Source: Candidatus Poribacteria bacterium
GTDB taxonomy: Bacteria > Poribacteria > WGA-4E > UBA9662
DNA length: 64,000 nt
NCBI GenBank assembly: GCA_036339735.1
Contig: JAYZAL010000038.1
Span: 92,076-156,075 of the forward strand
Reading direction: 5' to 3'
Shown here: in pieces, positions 50,539 through 60,557 of the stretch
Numbering within the stretch: position 1 is the first letter of the stretch
Layout: each line of letters starts with the position of its first letter
Program-made: the position numbers and the translations under genes
Notes under the pieces: generated by a model
Told to the model about the DNA's origin: nothing
The model's database searches: none
Seen by the model: the letters and a program-made list of their open reading frames with translations, nothing else

Positions 50539-51555
50539 ATGCCCATCAGATTTCGACTATACCTATATATAGCATTTAGTCTTTTTTGGTTTTTCTGCGG
50601 TTGTGGAAACGAAGATCTGCCTAATGAGAGTAATTATGCACCCAAAATATCTCTTCTTAAGGCGGAAACTGATATTGTTGAACCAGGCCAACAAGTATCG
50701 ATTTATCTTAAAACTATCGATTTAGAGGGAGATCCTATTTCCTATAGCTGGCAGGCCAATGGAGGTAGCATTCAGGGAGATGAAAATGGTGCTGTCTGGC
50801 TTGCTCCCGAAAATGAACGTAAGTACACAATTGAGATTACTGTCAGTGATGGGTTCAAGTCTAACACAAGTTCTATAGATCTTCAGGTCTGGAAGACTCG
50901 TCTTGGGAACTACTATCCCTTGTCAGTCGGTAATACCTGGTACTACGAAGACGATCAAGGAAACCAAATTGTATTTGAGATCATTGACACAATCCAAATA
51001 CAATTACCAGATAATCGAACCGAGAAAAGTTATGTGCTACAAAAGTATGACCCAAATTTACCAGAAGAGGAACGGGTATATAATTTTTCCTACTTAGGTA
51101 AAGAAATAGACGAGAATGGTGAAGTCAAAGCTATTATTCAACAAGCACAAAATGTAACTTCTGGGACCGATGGCACGATTATGTTTGTACCGTTTCTCCC
51201 TTTGTATAAGTTTCCACTGATTCCAGGTTATCAGTGGCAGAAACAATTTCAGGCTAAGTTAACACCAGAACTATTTCCTATCGGAGGCGGATTAGACAAA
51301 AATGAGGTTCTATCGGAGGAAACACTAAATGTACCTGCAGGTCAGTTTGAAAACGTTTTTCAGGTTCAGGAAACATTTAAGTGGCGTTTTTTTGATCGGG
51401 ATTTAGACGAAACTGTTGTACAGAAGTGGTTAGCACCAGACGTCGGCATTATCAAATTTACACAGGCTCAAACTCGCGCTGACGTTACAGTGGAAGTCGA
51501 TTTCGAGCTTGTATCCTACGATTTAGTCAATGGAAACGAACTGGAGTCAAACTAG
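50539..51555 (+). CDS. Lipoprotein with an Ig-like domain and a beta-rich C-terminal domain
   Basis: ATG 50539 gives a signal peptide ending FCGC; D-x-EGD-x-ISYSW Ig module; YYPLSVGNTW, VPAGQF and WLAPDVGIIK motifs. Confidence 0.7.
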   Translation: MPIRFRLYLYIAFSLFWFFCGCGNEDLPNESNYAPKISLLKAETDIVEPGQQVSIYLKTIDLEGDPISYSWQANGGSIQGDENGAVWLAPENERKYTIEITVSDGFKSNTSSIDLQVWKTRLGNYYPLSVGNTWYYEDDQGNQIVFEIIDTIQIQLPDNRTEKSYVLQKYDPNLPEEERVYNFSYLGKEIDENGEVKAIIQQAQNVTSGTDGTIMFVPFLPLYKFPLIPGYQWQKQFQAKLTPELFPIGGGLDKNEVLSEETLNVPAGQFENVFQVQETFKWRFFDRDLDETVVQKWLAPDVGIIKFTQAQTRADVTVEVDFELVSYDLVNGNELESN

Positions 51556-51717
51556 CCGGGCCAATGCAAAAACTAAAGCTGCGCTTATCAGGTGAATTCG
51601 GTTTTTCGTTAGCTGTTTATCTGTTGTGAAATGGCACACATGAAACCAGTTACATAGTTGGATGGCAGTATTTAGTTGTTTATAATTTAACTACGGGAGT
51701 TATTCGTCAGTAGGCTA

Positions 51718-52284
51718 TTATCCTCTAGACAAGGCATAGAAAAAAGCCTGTGTTAGGTTAGCGATGTCAGCGTTACCTGTTTTGACTTTTTCCACGGCGT
51801 TGCGTGCCACTCGTCGAAACACTGGCCCCGCGATTGCAGGATCATCCTCTACAATTTGGGAAAAATCTTGAAAAGTCAGTACCCCGTATTCGGTTGGTGT
51901 CATGGTTGTAACATTAGCTGTCCGTATCGCTTCATCAGAAACAAGTGCGTACTCGCCAGTGGCAAATGCGGGTTCTTCAACTACGAAGGTTGTAGGTTCA
52001 GACACAGGATCCTCAGCCGGAGCAGGATCAGTAGTTTTTAACCGTACAATAGCTTTTCGAGACTGGCTAAATCCACTCTTCGTTTTAATCATAATTTGGT
52101 TGCTGACCTCCACCTCTCCTTGAAAAATCAGCAACAATGTATTTCCTACCTCACCTTCAACTAGTAAGTCTGTATGAGGTTTACTGGTCGTCATTTCTAC
52201 TTTGCTAGAGATGAGCTTGCATTGTTCTAGGTTAAGATCTTGGAACAAATTAATTCTTTGGACGCGTGTCGGTTGCACACTCAT
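51718..52284 (-). CDS. Stand-alone cyclic-nucleotide-binding domain protein
   Basis: LFQDL, EGEVG, GEVEV, GEYAL...RTANV; no HTH domain. Confidence 0.8.
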   Translation of the reverse strand: MSVQPTRVQRINLFQDLNLEQCKLISSKVEMTTSKPHTDLLVEGEVGNTLLLIFQGEVEVSNQIMIKTKSGFSQSRKAIVRLKTTDPAPAEDPVSEPTTFVVEEPAFATGEYALVSDEAIRTANVTTMTPTEYGVLTFQDFSQIVEDDPAIAGPVFRRVARNAVEKVKTGNADIANLTQAFFYALSRG

Positions 52285-52342
52285 GTAAAGCCATCCTCTT
52301 TGTTTTTATTTAACATTGTAGTTTTTACCACTTCTAGTGCGT

Positions 52343-53683
52343 CTAAATCAACACAATTGCACGATGCGTCTCATCGGTCATGTAATCGTCTCGAGGATTA
52401 ACCTCGATAAACACTTTTTCATCACTGGTTAAGTCAATACCTTCCCGTTCAAGTTGCTCCTTTATCATATCCAGCACGTACGTATTACCAGCATTTTTCA
52501 TTTGTTCTTCTAAACTATCCGCTGCTCGAATAATAGCATAACCGACTAATAGCCACGAATTCTCATTTTTGAAATGCTGGAAAATTCGATGATGCTCTGC
52601 ACCAGCTAAGATTGGTGGAATCTGGTGTACTTGCAGGTCGTTCCGGTTCTGGGGAGAAAAAATGGTCTCAACCATTTGCGGCGATCCTGGGTGGGTAATG
52701 TGATAGGCCAACAATTTTGGGGTAAAAGCATCTGAGACAACAATTTCGTCACAGTTAGCTCTTTGAAGGTGGGCGGTCATTTCTGGATTAGTGATATGAG
52801 CAATCACACGAAGGTCTTCAGACATTGCCTTAGCTGTATAAACAGCTAAGACCGTGGTCTGCTCATCTGGAGTTTCAAGTTGTGATAAGTGAGCGTAGTC
52901 AGGAAGTACAATCATATTCTTTGCACGTTGTATAAAAGCTTTAGAAAGTACCACTTCGTTAGTATAATTACCAAAGACGTGCAAAATGTCTAAATTGTCA
53001 AAACCACTTATTGCGCTTTGAATTCTCACATCATCAAGACTAATTTCGTTAACTAACACTATTGGTACTGTCTCTTTTTCTCGGGATAAAACTGACAGAA
53101 TAGGACCTACCATGTGGTTCCAACCGCTAATGATAGTATGGTCAACGAAGATGCTTTCATCAAAGTCGTCTTTGTCCTCTTTTAATCGTTTGGCAACCAA
53201 TGCAGAAGCAAGAGAACCTGACAAGACCATTGCCCAAACGAAGCCGCCAAGCATGACTACAATGCCAAAAGCTTTACCAACTTCTGACTTGGGAGAAATA
53301 TCCCCATACCCAACTGATGTAAAAGTCGTTACAGACCACCAGATGGTATGAAGATAGGTACTAAAAAAACCAATCTCTCTTCTTTTTTTAGAATGATGAT
53401 CATCAGATTGAGCTTCCATATCAACCCGGGGATTGTCAGGATTTTGCTTGGCATCATCAATAATAGATAACTGATCTGACACGCTTTCTCGGAAGTGGTC
53501 GTACTCTAAAAGGAAGAGAACTGTAGCACCTACCCAAATTAGGGCAAAAGACCAAAAGGTTAAGCGAATAAGTCTATGGTTTTTTTTGAATGTTCGAATT
53601 AAACCAAGCCACGATTTGGTTTGGCTTTCGTTGACACTTTTAGTTTTTAGTAGACGGACTGGAGCTGAAATTACACCCTTCAT
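52343..53683 (-). CDS. 2-TM potassium channel with RCK domain
   Basis: WWSVTTFTSVGYGD selectivity filter; DHTIISGW RCK start. Confidence 0.92.
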   Translation of the reverse strand: MKGVISAPVRLLKTKSVNESQTKSWLGLIRTFKKNHRLIRLTFWSFALIWVGATVLFLLEYDHFRESVSDQLSIIDDAKQNPDNPRVDMEAQSDDHHSKKRREIGFFSTYLHTIWWSVTTFTSVGYGDISPKSEVGKAFGIVVMLGGFVWAMVLSGSLASALVAKRLKEDKDDFDESIFVDHTIISGWNHMVGPILSVLSREKETVPIVLVNEISLDDVRIQSAISGFDNLDILHVFGNYTNEVVLSKAFIQRAKNMIVLPDYAHLSQLETPDEQTTVLAVYTAKAMSEDLRVIAHITNPEMTAHLQRANCDEIVVSDAFTPKLLAYHITHPGSPQMVETIFSPQNRNDLQVHQIPPILAGAEHHRIFQHFKNENSWLLVGYAIIRAADSLEEQMKNAGNTYVLDMIKEQLEREGIDLTSDEKVFIEVNPRDDYMTDETHRAIVLI

Positions 53684-53849
53684 GAAAATTGGTACCGCTT
53701 GACCTAAAAATTACACCGTGCCGTTATTGTATTGAGGTGGACTTTTTAGCACAATTCTGTTAGTTTGTCAATCCAAGTCTCGGGCTTTACAAAATGTAAC
53801 CTAGCACCTTGAAGCCTTGGTGTGCAACCAATTATAAAAGGTTTAATTA

Positions 53850-54725
53850 ATGATGAGTGAGTATTCAGGAATTCAGAAACCAAAATTGCGATATGTACAT
53901 GAATTTGAGATCGATCAGCTTGATGCTATGTCTAATTGTTTAGCTGTACATGGTTTTGCTGTTATCAAAAATGTTTTAAATGAAAAAATAGTAGAACGTT
54001 TGAAAAAATCAGTATTCGAAGGTACTGATCCCACTCGCGATTTACAAGTTGGGCAGAGCCGTACACGGCATGCCTGGATTGAATCTGGACCAGGTGCCTG
54101 GCAAATGCTAGCTGATGAAAGGTTTATGTCAATTCATCGGCATCTGATTGGTACCGATCAATTGACAATTCATCGGTCTGCATCTATCATCCGCATGCCT
54201 AATTCCAAGCCTGTGGCTTGGCATAGTGACTGGTGTGGCTTTTCAAATGAGCAACCCAAAAATTCTGGCGATGTACTCAATAGGGGTCTTTGGCCATCTG
54301 GTAAATGGTTTTACTTAACAGGTTCTCGACCCGAACATGGAGGTTTATGTGTAATAGAGGATTCACACACTAAAGGATGGAATGGCCCAAACGGATTCAA
54401 ACTAACCGCTGATCGTCGGTCTTTCTACAAAATTGGTGATATTGAACATGCTTATACAGGCTTTGATGTGCCTGGTCTGGTACCGCTATTTACCGAACCA
54501 GGTGATATGATTGTCTTTGCTCATCGCACGTATCACGCGGCTTTTCCAAATCATACTGATGAAATACGTCTTTCTTGTGCTATTGGTTTTCGTAATCGGC
54601 AGCAAAGAATTAGGGTTCCTTGGAAAATGCCAAAAGCGGCGAAAAAGTTCTTAAATGACTTACCTGAAGACCTTCACCAGTATACAGATGGTTACACCAG
54701 TATTGACAATAATTGGCGTGGTTAA
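53850..54725 (+). CDS. PhyH-family Fe/2OG dioxygenase
   Basis: HGFAVIKNVL, WHSD, GGLCVIEDSH, PGDMIVFAHRTYH. Confidence 0.85.
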   Translation: MMSEYSGIQKPKLRYVHEFEIDQLDAMSNCLAVHGFAVIKNVLNEKIVERLKKSVFEGTDPTRDLQVGQSRTRHAWIESGPGAWQMLADERFMSIHRHLIGTDQLTIHRSASIIRMPNSKPVAWHSDWCGFSNEQPKNSGDVLNRGLWPSGKWFYLTGSRPEHGGLCVIEDSHTKGWNGPNGFKLTADRRSFYKIGDIEHAYTGFDVPGLVPLFTEPGDMIVFAHRTYHAAFPNHTDEIRLSCAIGFRNRQQRIRVPWKMPKAAKKFLNDLPEDLHQYTDGYTSIDNNWRG

Positions 54726-55173
54726 CTTAACAGTTATCTTTTGTATATGTGGGTACTACAAAAAATTTTGTAAAAATATAATATAATGTTGCTTTACAAG
54801 AGTTATTATTTCCCATTCCATACATTGATCAGTTTAATTTACCCAAAATATTTCAGCTAATCTTACTTGCTCAGATGATGAAAATCACTTTGATTAGGCC
54901 AGTTATTCAACAATTTTATTATATTTGTAAAACCCGAAAATTTAGTTAAGTTTATTAGAATTAATTGAGCAAGATTTTTCAAAAATCATAGTCAAATTTA
55001 GAAATAAGTAGTTTGTTGAATCAGGCAAATTCTTGAACGGAGGGCGAAAAAATACTAGTGGTATTAGTAGGATAATCATCTTGTATGCTAGTTTTTCGTG
55101 ATTTTGATTCCGCTGGTTATCGTTTTTCACTATCGATTTACTTAAAAATTTAGACCTGTTATAAATTAGTGTT

Positions 55174-55202
55174 TTGACAGGCTCTTTTATTTAAGCTACA
55201 GT
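55174..55202 (+). promoter_or_regulatory. Sigma70-type promoter
   Basis: TTGACA-17 nt-TACAGT. The -35 overlaps an imperfect CCTGTTA...TGACAGG inverted repeat. Confidence 0.5.
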
Positions 55203-55251
55203 ATAAATCATATTTCAGCTATAGGTATTACTTAAAGGGTAAGGATCAAAT

Positions 55252-56058
55252 ATGTTAAATCCGGAGCGTGTTGCAGCGTTTCACCGGGACGGGTTTGTTC
55301 TGGGTGATCAGGTACTAAGCGATGGTGAGGTAGAAGAGTTACGGCAAGAACTTGATCGAGTAATCGACAACTACCAAGATGACACAAAACCGCAGCCGGT
55401 CAGAATCGCCAATTTGGGAGGTGATGAACAGGCTCCTGTTTGGCAAATAGTGAATATGTGGCAAGCTAGCCAGCCTTTTCGTTTATTGACCCATCATCCG
55501 AAAATCGTAGCAGAGGTTGCACAGTTACTATCGGCTCAAGAATTACGTGTTTGGCACGATCAGGTTCAATATAAACCATCTGGAACTGGTGGGATCACTG
55601 GTTGGCACCAAGATTCTCCGGCGTGGCCTAACATCGCACCCAAAACGACACAAATTTCCTCTTGGGTGGCATTAGATGATGTTGATGAATCTAATGGCTG
55701 TATGAGTATGGTTGTTGGTTCTCACAAGTGGGGAGTCGTACGGGGGGTTTTCCCTCATGGTCGACACTTCGACCAAATGCCTGATGAATTTGAGGGAATA
55801 AAGCTAGAAGTACGGCTATGTCCAGTCAAAAAGGGATACGTACACTACCACCATGCACTTACATGGCATGGCTCACATGCAAATGATAGTGGTCGGAAGA
55901 GGCGTGCGATTGCCAACCACTATATGACTGAAAAGACAGTTTATGATGAAACTGGTGGTCATATTATGAAGCCTTTTGTAACAGTTAATCACGGTGAAAA
56001 GTTGGTCGGAGAAATCTTTCCACTCGTTTGGCAAAAATCAACCAATCAAACAACCTAA
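55252..56058 (+). CDS. PhyH-family Fe/2OG dioxygenase
   Basis: FHRDGF, WHQDS, WVALDD, GSHKW, WHGS...RRA. Confidence 0.92.
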   Translation: MLNPERVAAFHRDGFVLGDQVLSDGEVEELRQELDRVIDNYQDDTKPQPVRIANLGGDEQAPVWQIVNMWQASQPFRLLTHHPKIVAEVAQLLSAQELRVWHDQVQYKPSGTGGITGWHQDSPAWPNIAPKTTQISSWVALDDVDESNGCMSMVVGSHKWGVVRGVFPHGRHFDQMPDEFEGIKLEVRLCPVKKGYVHYHHALTWHGSHANDSGRKRRAIANHYMTEKTVYDETGGHIMKPFVTVNHGEKLVGEIFPLVWQKSTNQTT

Positions 56059-56088
56059 GAAGTACCTGAGGTAAATGGAATTCTGCCC

Positions 56089-56817
56089 ATGATGACGGAA
56101 GAAGAAAAATTTATTGTTGATTTAGAAGGCTACCTCATTATCAAGAATGTATTGACTACCGAAGAGGTAAGAGAGCTGAATCAGCTAATTGATGAAAGCG
56201 ACCGAATTGGACCTCCTAGCACATGGGGGCAACCATTCCAAAATCTGATTGATCACCCCAACATCATGCCATATTTACTGGAGATGATTGGTCCTTATGT
56301 GCGAATAGATCATGATTATGCTATTTTTATGTCTGGTAAAGAGAAACGCGGTGGCTTGCACGGTGGCGAAGACGGAGGTCGACCGGGCGGGCACGAAGGG
56401 GATCACTGGTACAAATATCGGGATGGTGTTATCCGTAATGGACTTTGTGTCATGACTTTTAACTTGGCATCAGTCAGACCAGGAGACGGTGGTTTCGCAT
56501 GTATACCGGGCAGTCATAAAAGTAACTTTACCACAAGTCTTCCTAAAGAAGTTCGAAGTTTTGAACGACGGCCACATTATGTTTTACAACCGTCTATCGA
56601 CGCAGGTGATGTGTTATTTTTCACTGAAGCTTTGATTCATGGTACCATGCCGTGGTCTGCCGATCATGAGCGTCGTTCTCTTCTTTATAAGTACAGTCCT
56701 GGGCATTCAGCTTGGTCTGGACACTATTACGACCTCAATCATTATGATAAATTAACGGACAGGCAAAAGTTGATGATGATGCCACCATCGATTGGAAACC
56801 GATCAACAGTGAGTTAG
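56089..56817 (+). CDS. PhyH-family Fe/2OG oxygenase, HGG variant
   Basis: DLEGYLIIKNVL, LHGG, GGFACIPGSHK, EALIHGT. Close paralog of 1025-1804. Confidence 0.85.
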   Translation: MMTEEEKFIVDLEGYLIIKNVLTTEEVRELNQLIDESDRIGPPSTWGQPFQNLIDHPNIMPYLLEMIGPYVRIDHDYAIFMSGKEKRGGLHGGEDGGRPGGHEGDHWYKYRDGVIRNGLCVMTFNLASVRPGDGGFACIPGSHKSNFTTSLPKEVRSFERRPHYVLQPSIDAGDVLFFTEALIHGTMPWSADHERRSLLYKYSPGHSAWSGHYYDLNHYDKLTDRQKLMMMPPSIGNRSTVS

Positions 56818-56841
56818 ATTAGTACTTGTTTAACGGCTGTC

Positions 56842-56870
56842 TTGAATCAAGTTGGGCCTCGTGCTATAAT
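56842..56870 (+). promoter_or_regulatory. Sigma70-type promoter of the BMC gene
   Basis: TTGAAT-17 nt-TATAAT with extended TG. Confidence 0.6.
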
Positions 56871-56922
56871 CGGGGACGAAGTGTAAAAGGGTTAACTGGC
56901 TACAAGATGAGGTTGAAAACAA

Positions 56923-57249
56923 ATGTCTAAAGATGCACTGGGCATGATTGAGACCAAAGGTTTAGTGTGCGCTGTCGAAGCAGCAGATGCGATGTTGAAG
57001 GCGGCAAACGTATCCCTAGTCGGATATGAAAAAGTCGGGGGGGGGTTGGTTTCTATCATGGTACGTGGCGATGTCGGAGCTGTCAAAGCAGCAACCGATG
57101 CTGGTGCTGAGTCTGCAGCTAGAGTAGGAGAAGTTTTATCGGTACATGTCATACCTCGGCCCCACGGCGAGGTTGAAACTATTCTTTCATCGCTCCTTCC
57201 ACCAACTCCTAGCCGAACCCTAGACCTGTCATCTGTTCAAGAAAGTTAG
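56923..57249 (+). CDS. Bacterial microcompartment hexamer shell protein (BMC-H, EutM/PduA-like)
   Basis: [38 protein letters not shown]. Confidence 0.95.
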   Translation: MSKDALGMIETKGLVCAVEAADAMLKAANVSLVGYEKVGGGLVSIMVRGDVGAVKAATDAGAESAARVGEVLSVHVIPRPHGEVETILSSLLPPTPSRTLDLSSVQES

Positions 57250-57338
57250 ACGGTAGGGGTAGTCTGTCAAGTTCTTAGCGTTTTTCGATACTGATTCGAT
57301 GGGCAGTGCTATCCGTTTCTTCTTTTTCCTCGCGCAAC

Positions 57339-57917
57339 TCATTTTTTTGTTTGGTCTTTATTGAATTTGATGGCGGTGCCGTTGATGCAGTAACGCAAGC
57401 CAGTCGGCCTTGGTCCGTCATTGAACACATGGCCAAGATGGCCGTCACAACGTTTGCACGTAACTTCCGTCCTGACCATACCGTGGGTCAGGTCAATTTT
57501 CTCAGTGATTTTTCCTTCCGCTACAACATCGTAGAAACTTGGCCAACCGCAACCTGAATCATATTTAGTACTGGACAAAAACAGTTCGTTTCCGCACCCT
57601 GCACATTTGAACGTTCCGCTTCCCAAATTTTTCATTTCATTTGAAAATGGACGCTCTGTTCCTTTCTGCCGTAAAATCAGGTATTCCTCTGTTGTGAGTT
57701 TTTCTCTCCACTCTTGGTCAGTTAGAATCAACTTGCCATTCTCACTTTCTTTTGGTCCTATAGCATTCAAGTTATCTTGCTTTTGATGAATAGGAAGTTG
57801 TTCTTTTTTGACAGTTTTATCTTCAGATGTAACTGATAACTCGGGTGGTTGCTTCTGGCAAGAAGTGCAGATAATCATCCAAAAAGAGAAAACGAGCAAA
57901 ATTAGTTGAATAGGCAT
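57339..57917 (-). CDS. msrB: Peptide methionine sulfoxide reductase B, probable lipoprotein
   Basis: GTERPF, CAGC, SGCGWPSF, CKRC, HLGHVF, RYCIN; N-terminal signal ending TSC. Confidence 0.95.
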   Translation of the reverse strand: MPIQLILLVFSFWMIICTSCQKQPPELSVTSEDKTVKKEQLPIHQKQDNLNAIGPKESENGKLILTDQEWREKLTTEEYLILRQKGTERPFSNEMKNLGSGTFKCAGCGNELFLSSTKYDSGCGWPSFYDVVAEGKITEKIDLTHGMVRTEVTCKRCDGHLGHVFNDGPRPTGLRYCINGTAIKFNKDQTKK

Positions 57918-57994
57918 TGCTAAATCTCAATCATTGTTTTTACAATATGTTTAATTATTTATTTTTGCAGTACAAATAGGGCTGTGTCTAAACG

Positions 57995-58720
57995 ATGCAA
58001 TTTCAATCTCCAGAATGGCACGACCAGTTGACATCAACTAACACTGTACTATGTGATCGTTTCTTACAGGATAACTCCTTACCAGATGGATTTATCTTGG
58101 CCACGCATCATCAAACGTCTGGTAGAGGTCGACTTGGCCGAAGCTGGCAGACATCGGATAGTAAAAATTTGACTTTTTCGTTTTTATTGAAGTCAATTAA
58201 TAATTTCCACCAGATCACAGCATTGCCGATGGCAGTCGCTATTTCCGTTGCCTCTGCTTTAGAGTACCACGGTTTGAATGTTCAGACAAAGTGGCCTAAT
58301 GACTTATTAATTAGAAAACGGAAAGTTTGCGGTATCCTGGCCGAGCGACCACATCCATCTTCGATTGTGGTCGGCGTGGGAGTGAATATTAATATGACAC
58401 TAAAGGAAGCAAACTCAATTGACCAACCCGCCACCTCATTTTTTATTGAAACTGGCCGCAAGCTATCCGTCCAAGCTTTTTTGGAGCAGCTACTTCCAAT
58501 ACTAGGTGATTGGATCCGAAAATGGCGAATAGATGGATTCTCAGCACTCCATGCAGCCTGGCTAGATCGTTGTTTCAACTTAGGACAACAGATTGAAATC
58601 GGAGACGGAAGCGACCGGAAAATTGGGATTTTAACCGGTTTTGGTTCTGCAGGACAGTTGAAACTCTTGGAAGACAATGGTCAGCAAGTCGAAATTTGGG
58701 CCGGAGACCTCAGAATCTAA
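57995..58720 (+). CDS. birA: Biotin-protein ligase (group I, no HTH)
   Basis: STN, QTSGRGRLGRSW, KWPND, KVCGIL, GVGVN. Confidence 0.95.
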   Translation: MQFQSPEWHDQLTSTNTVLCDRFLQDNSLPDGFILATHHQTSGRGRLGRSWQTSDSKNLTFSFLLKSINNFHQITALPMAVAISVASALEYHGLNVQTKWPNDLLIRKRKVCGILAERPHPSSIVVGVGVNINMTLKEANSIDQPATSFFIETGRKLSVQAFLEQLLPILGDWIRKWRIDGFSALHAAWLDRCFNLGQQIEIGDGSDRKIGILTGFGSAGQLKLLEDNGQQVEIWAGDLRI

Positions 58721-58724
58721 ACTG

Positions 58725-60533
58725 CTAAGAGATCAATGCTAACGTGTCTCCTGCTGCTACCTGATCACCTGGGGACACCGAAAATTCGGCTAAATTTCCA
58801 CTTGTAGTAGCGGAAATTGGCATTTCCATCTTCATTGCTTCCAGTACCAGAATGCCATCTCCTTCTGAAACAGTTGCACCCGGGTCCACCAATAGACGAA
58901 TAACCTTACCAGGCATCTCGGCGGATACCACAGTTGCTTGTTTGTCTACAGCCTCGTTTTGCGACGTTCCATCGCTATTTCTACTAGCACCTAACTCTAC
59001 TTGGAATGTCTTTCCATTTACGACCGCAGTAGTTCCATCAATTGAAACAGAATAATTTTGACCATTGACTTTAAGATTATAGTTGGCTGGACCATCAGTT
59101 GGCGTGGGAGGAGTGGGCTCGTCGGTCTTCTCGACCTTACGCACTCCAATTTCAGCTTCCCCTTGTAAAAAGGCTAGTCCCTTATCCGTACAAGTTGCAA
59201 CTATAAAAATATTTTCGTCAGTCGGTTCAAGCCCATGCTCTTCGAGCTGTTGCCTAGCTGCTGCTATACCTTTTGTGGGGTCAGCATCGTTCCGTTCTAA
59301 TGGAGATTGACTGGTTGGCTCAAGTGATAATTGATCTGACGCAATCTTAACAATCTCTGGGTCCGGAGGAACTGGAGTTTTGCCAAAATAACCCAAAACC
59401 ATCCGACCATAAGTATCTGCAATTCGCTCCCATGGACCGAACATCACATTATTGAACGATTGCTGAAAATAGAATTGCGAAACAGGTGTTACCGAAGTCC
59501 CATAGCCACCTCGTTCAACTACTTCCCGCATTGCTTTGATCATGTCAGGATATTTGTCCATGATGCCATTATCTCGCAACATTTGTGTGTTTGCCGTTAA
59601 AGCTCCACCCGGCATGGGGCTCCAAGGAATCATAGGTTCAACGGCCACCGCTTCTGGCGGTAGAAAATAATCTGCCATGCACTCTTTGAACACTTCTTCA
59701 GCTTCCCTCACCTTATCAATATCAATACCAAGATCAAAATTTGAACCTCGCAAAGCATGCCACATAACCAACAAATCAGGTTGACAGGTTCCTCCAGAAC
59801 AAGGTGCTAAAGACAAATCAATAGCATCAGCTCCCGCTTCGAGCGCGGCTAAATTAGCGGCTACGCCAATACCCGCGGTTTCATGCGTATGAAAGTGGAT
59901 GAACGTGCCTTCGGGCAACATTTTTCTGGCCCTTTTGATTGTTTCACCAACTTTAGATGGAACCGCTGTTCCCGAGGCATCCTTGAAACATACTGAATCG
60001 TACGGAATCCCCGCATCTAAAATCTGACGCAAGGTTTGTTCATAAAAATCAGCATCATGTGCCCCCTCACATCCCGGTGGTAATTCCATCAAAGTTACAC
60101 AGACTTGGTGCTCGAGACCAGCATCTACAATGCATTGACCAGAGTAAATTAGGTTGTTGACGTCGTTGAGCGCATCAAAATTACGAATGGTTGTGATGCC
60201 GTGCTTTTTAAAGAGGTCAGCGTGCAGTTTGATTATCTCACTCGGCTGTGACTCCAAACCAACTACGTTAACTCCTCTGGCGAGAGTTTGTAGATTAGCA
60301 TCTGGCCCAGTGGTAGAGCGAAATGCGTCCATCATGGCAAAGGCGTCTTCGTTACAATAAAAGTAAAGAGATTGGAACCTAGCACCACCACCTGCTTCAA
60401 AATAATCAATACCAGCATCACAGGCGGCCTCGACTGCTGGTAAAAAATCTTGGGTGAAGACACGCGCCCCATATACGGATTGAAATCCGTCCCGAAAGGC
60501 TGTGCACATAAAACGAACTTTTTTCTTACTCAC
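58725..60533 (-). CDS. oadA: Oxaloacetate decarboxylase alpha / pyruvate carboxylase B (carboxyltransferase plus biotin carrier)
   Basis: FRDGFQS, FKD, HTH, PGG, VTPVSQ, EAMKM. Confidence 0.9.
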   Translation of the reverse strand: MSKKKVRFMCTAFRDGFQSVYGARVFTQDFLPAVEAACDAGIDYFEAGGGARFQSLYFYCNEDAFAMMDAFRSTTGPDANLQTLARGVNVVGLESQPSEIIKLHADLFKKHGITTIRNFDALNDVNNLIYSGQCIVDAGLEHQVCVTLMELPPGCEGAHDADFYEQTLRQILDAGIPYDSVCFKDASGTAVPSKVGETIKRARKMLPEGTFIHFHTHETAGIGVAANLAALEAGADAIDLSLAPCSGGTCQPDLLVMWHALRGSNFDLGIDIDKVREAEEVFKECMADYFLPPEAVAVEPMIPWSPMPGGALTANTQMLRDNGIMDKYPDMIKAMREVVERGGYGTSVTPVSQFYFQQSFNNVMFGPWERIADTYGRMVLGYFGKTPVPPDPEIVKIASDQLSLEPTSQSPLERNDADPTKGIAAARQQLEEHGLEPTDENIFIVATCTDKGLAFLQGEAEIGVRKVEKTDEPTPPTPTDGPANYNLKVNGQNYSVSIDGTTAVVNGKTFQVELGASRNSDGTSQNEAVDKQATVVSAEMPGKVIRLLVDPGATVSEGDGILVLEAMKMEMPISATTSGNLAEFSVSPGDQVAAGDTLALIS

Positions 60534-60557
60534 TTTATCAGTCCTGTTTTGATTAAT

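Noticed and set aside
54942-55130. 62-aa minus-strand ORF in an AT-rich gap
   Set aside because: No clear RBS or motif; probably a chance ORF in a promoter region.
57037-57045. G9 homopolymer in the BMC gene as a phase-variation site
   Set aside because: In frame; it encodes the Gly-rich pore loop normal for BMC-H.
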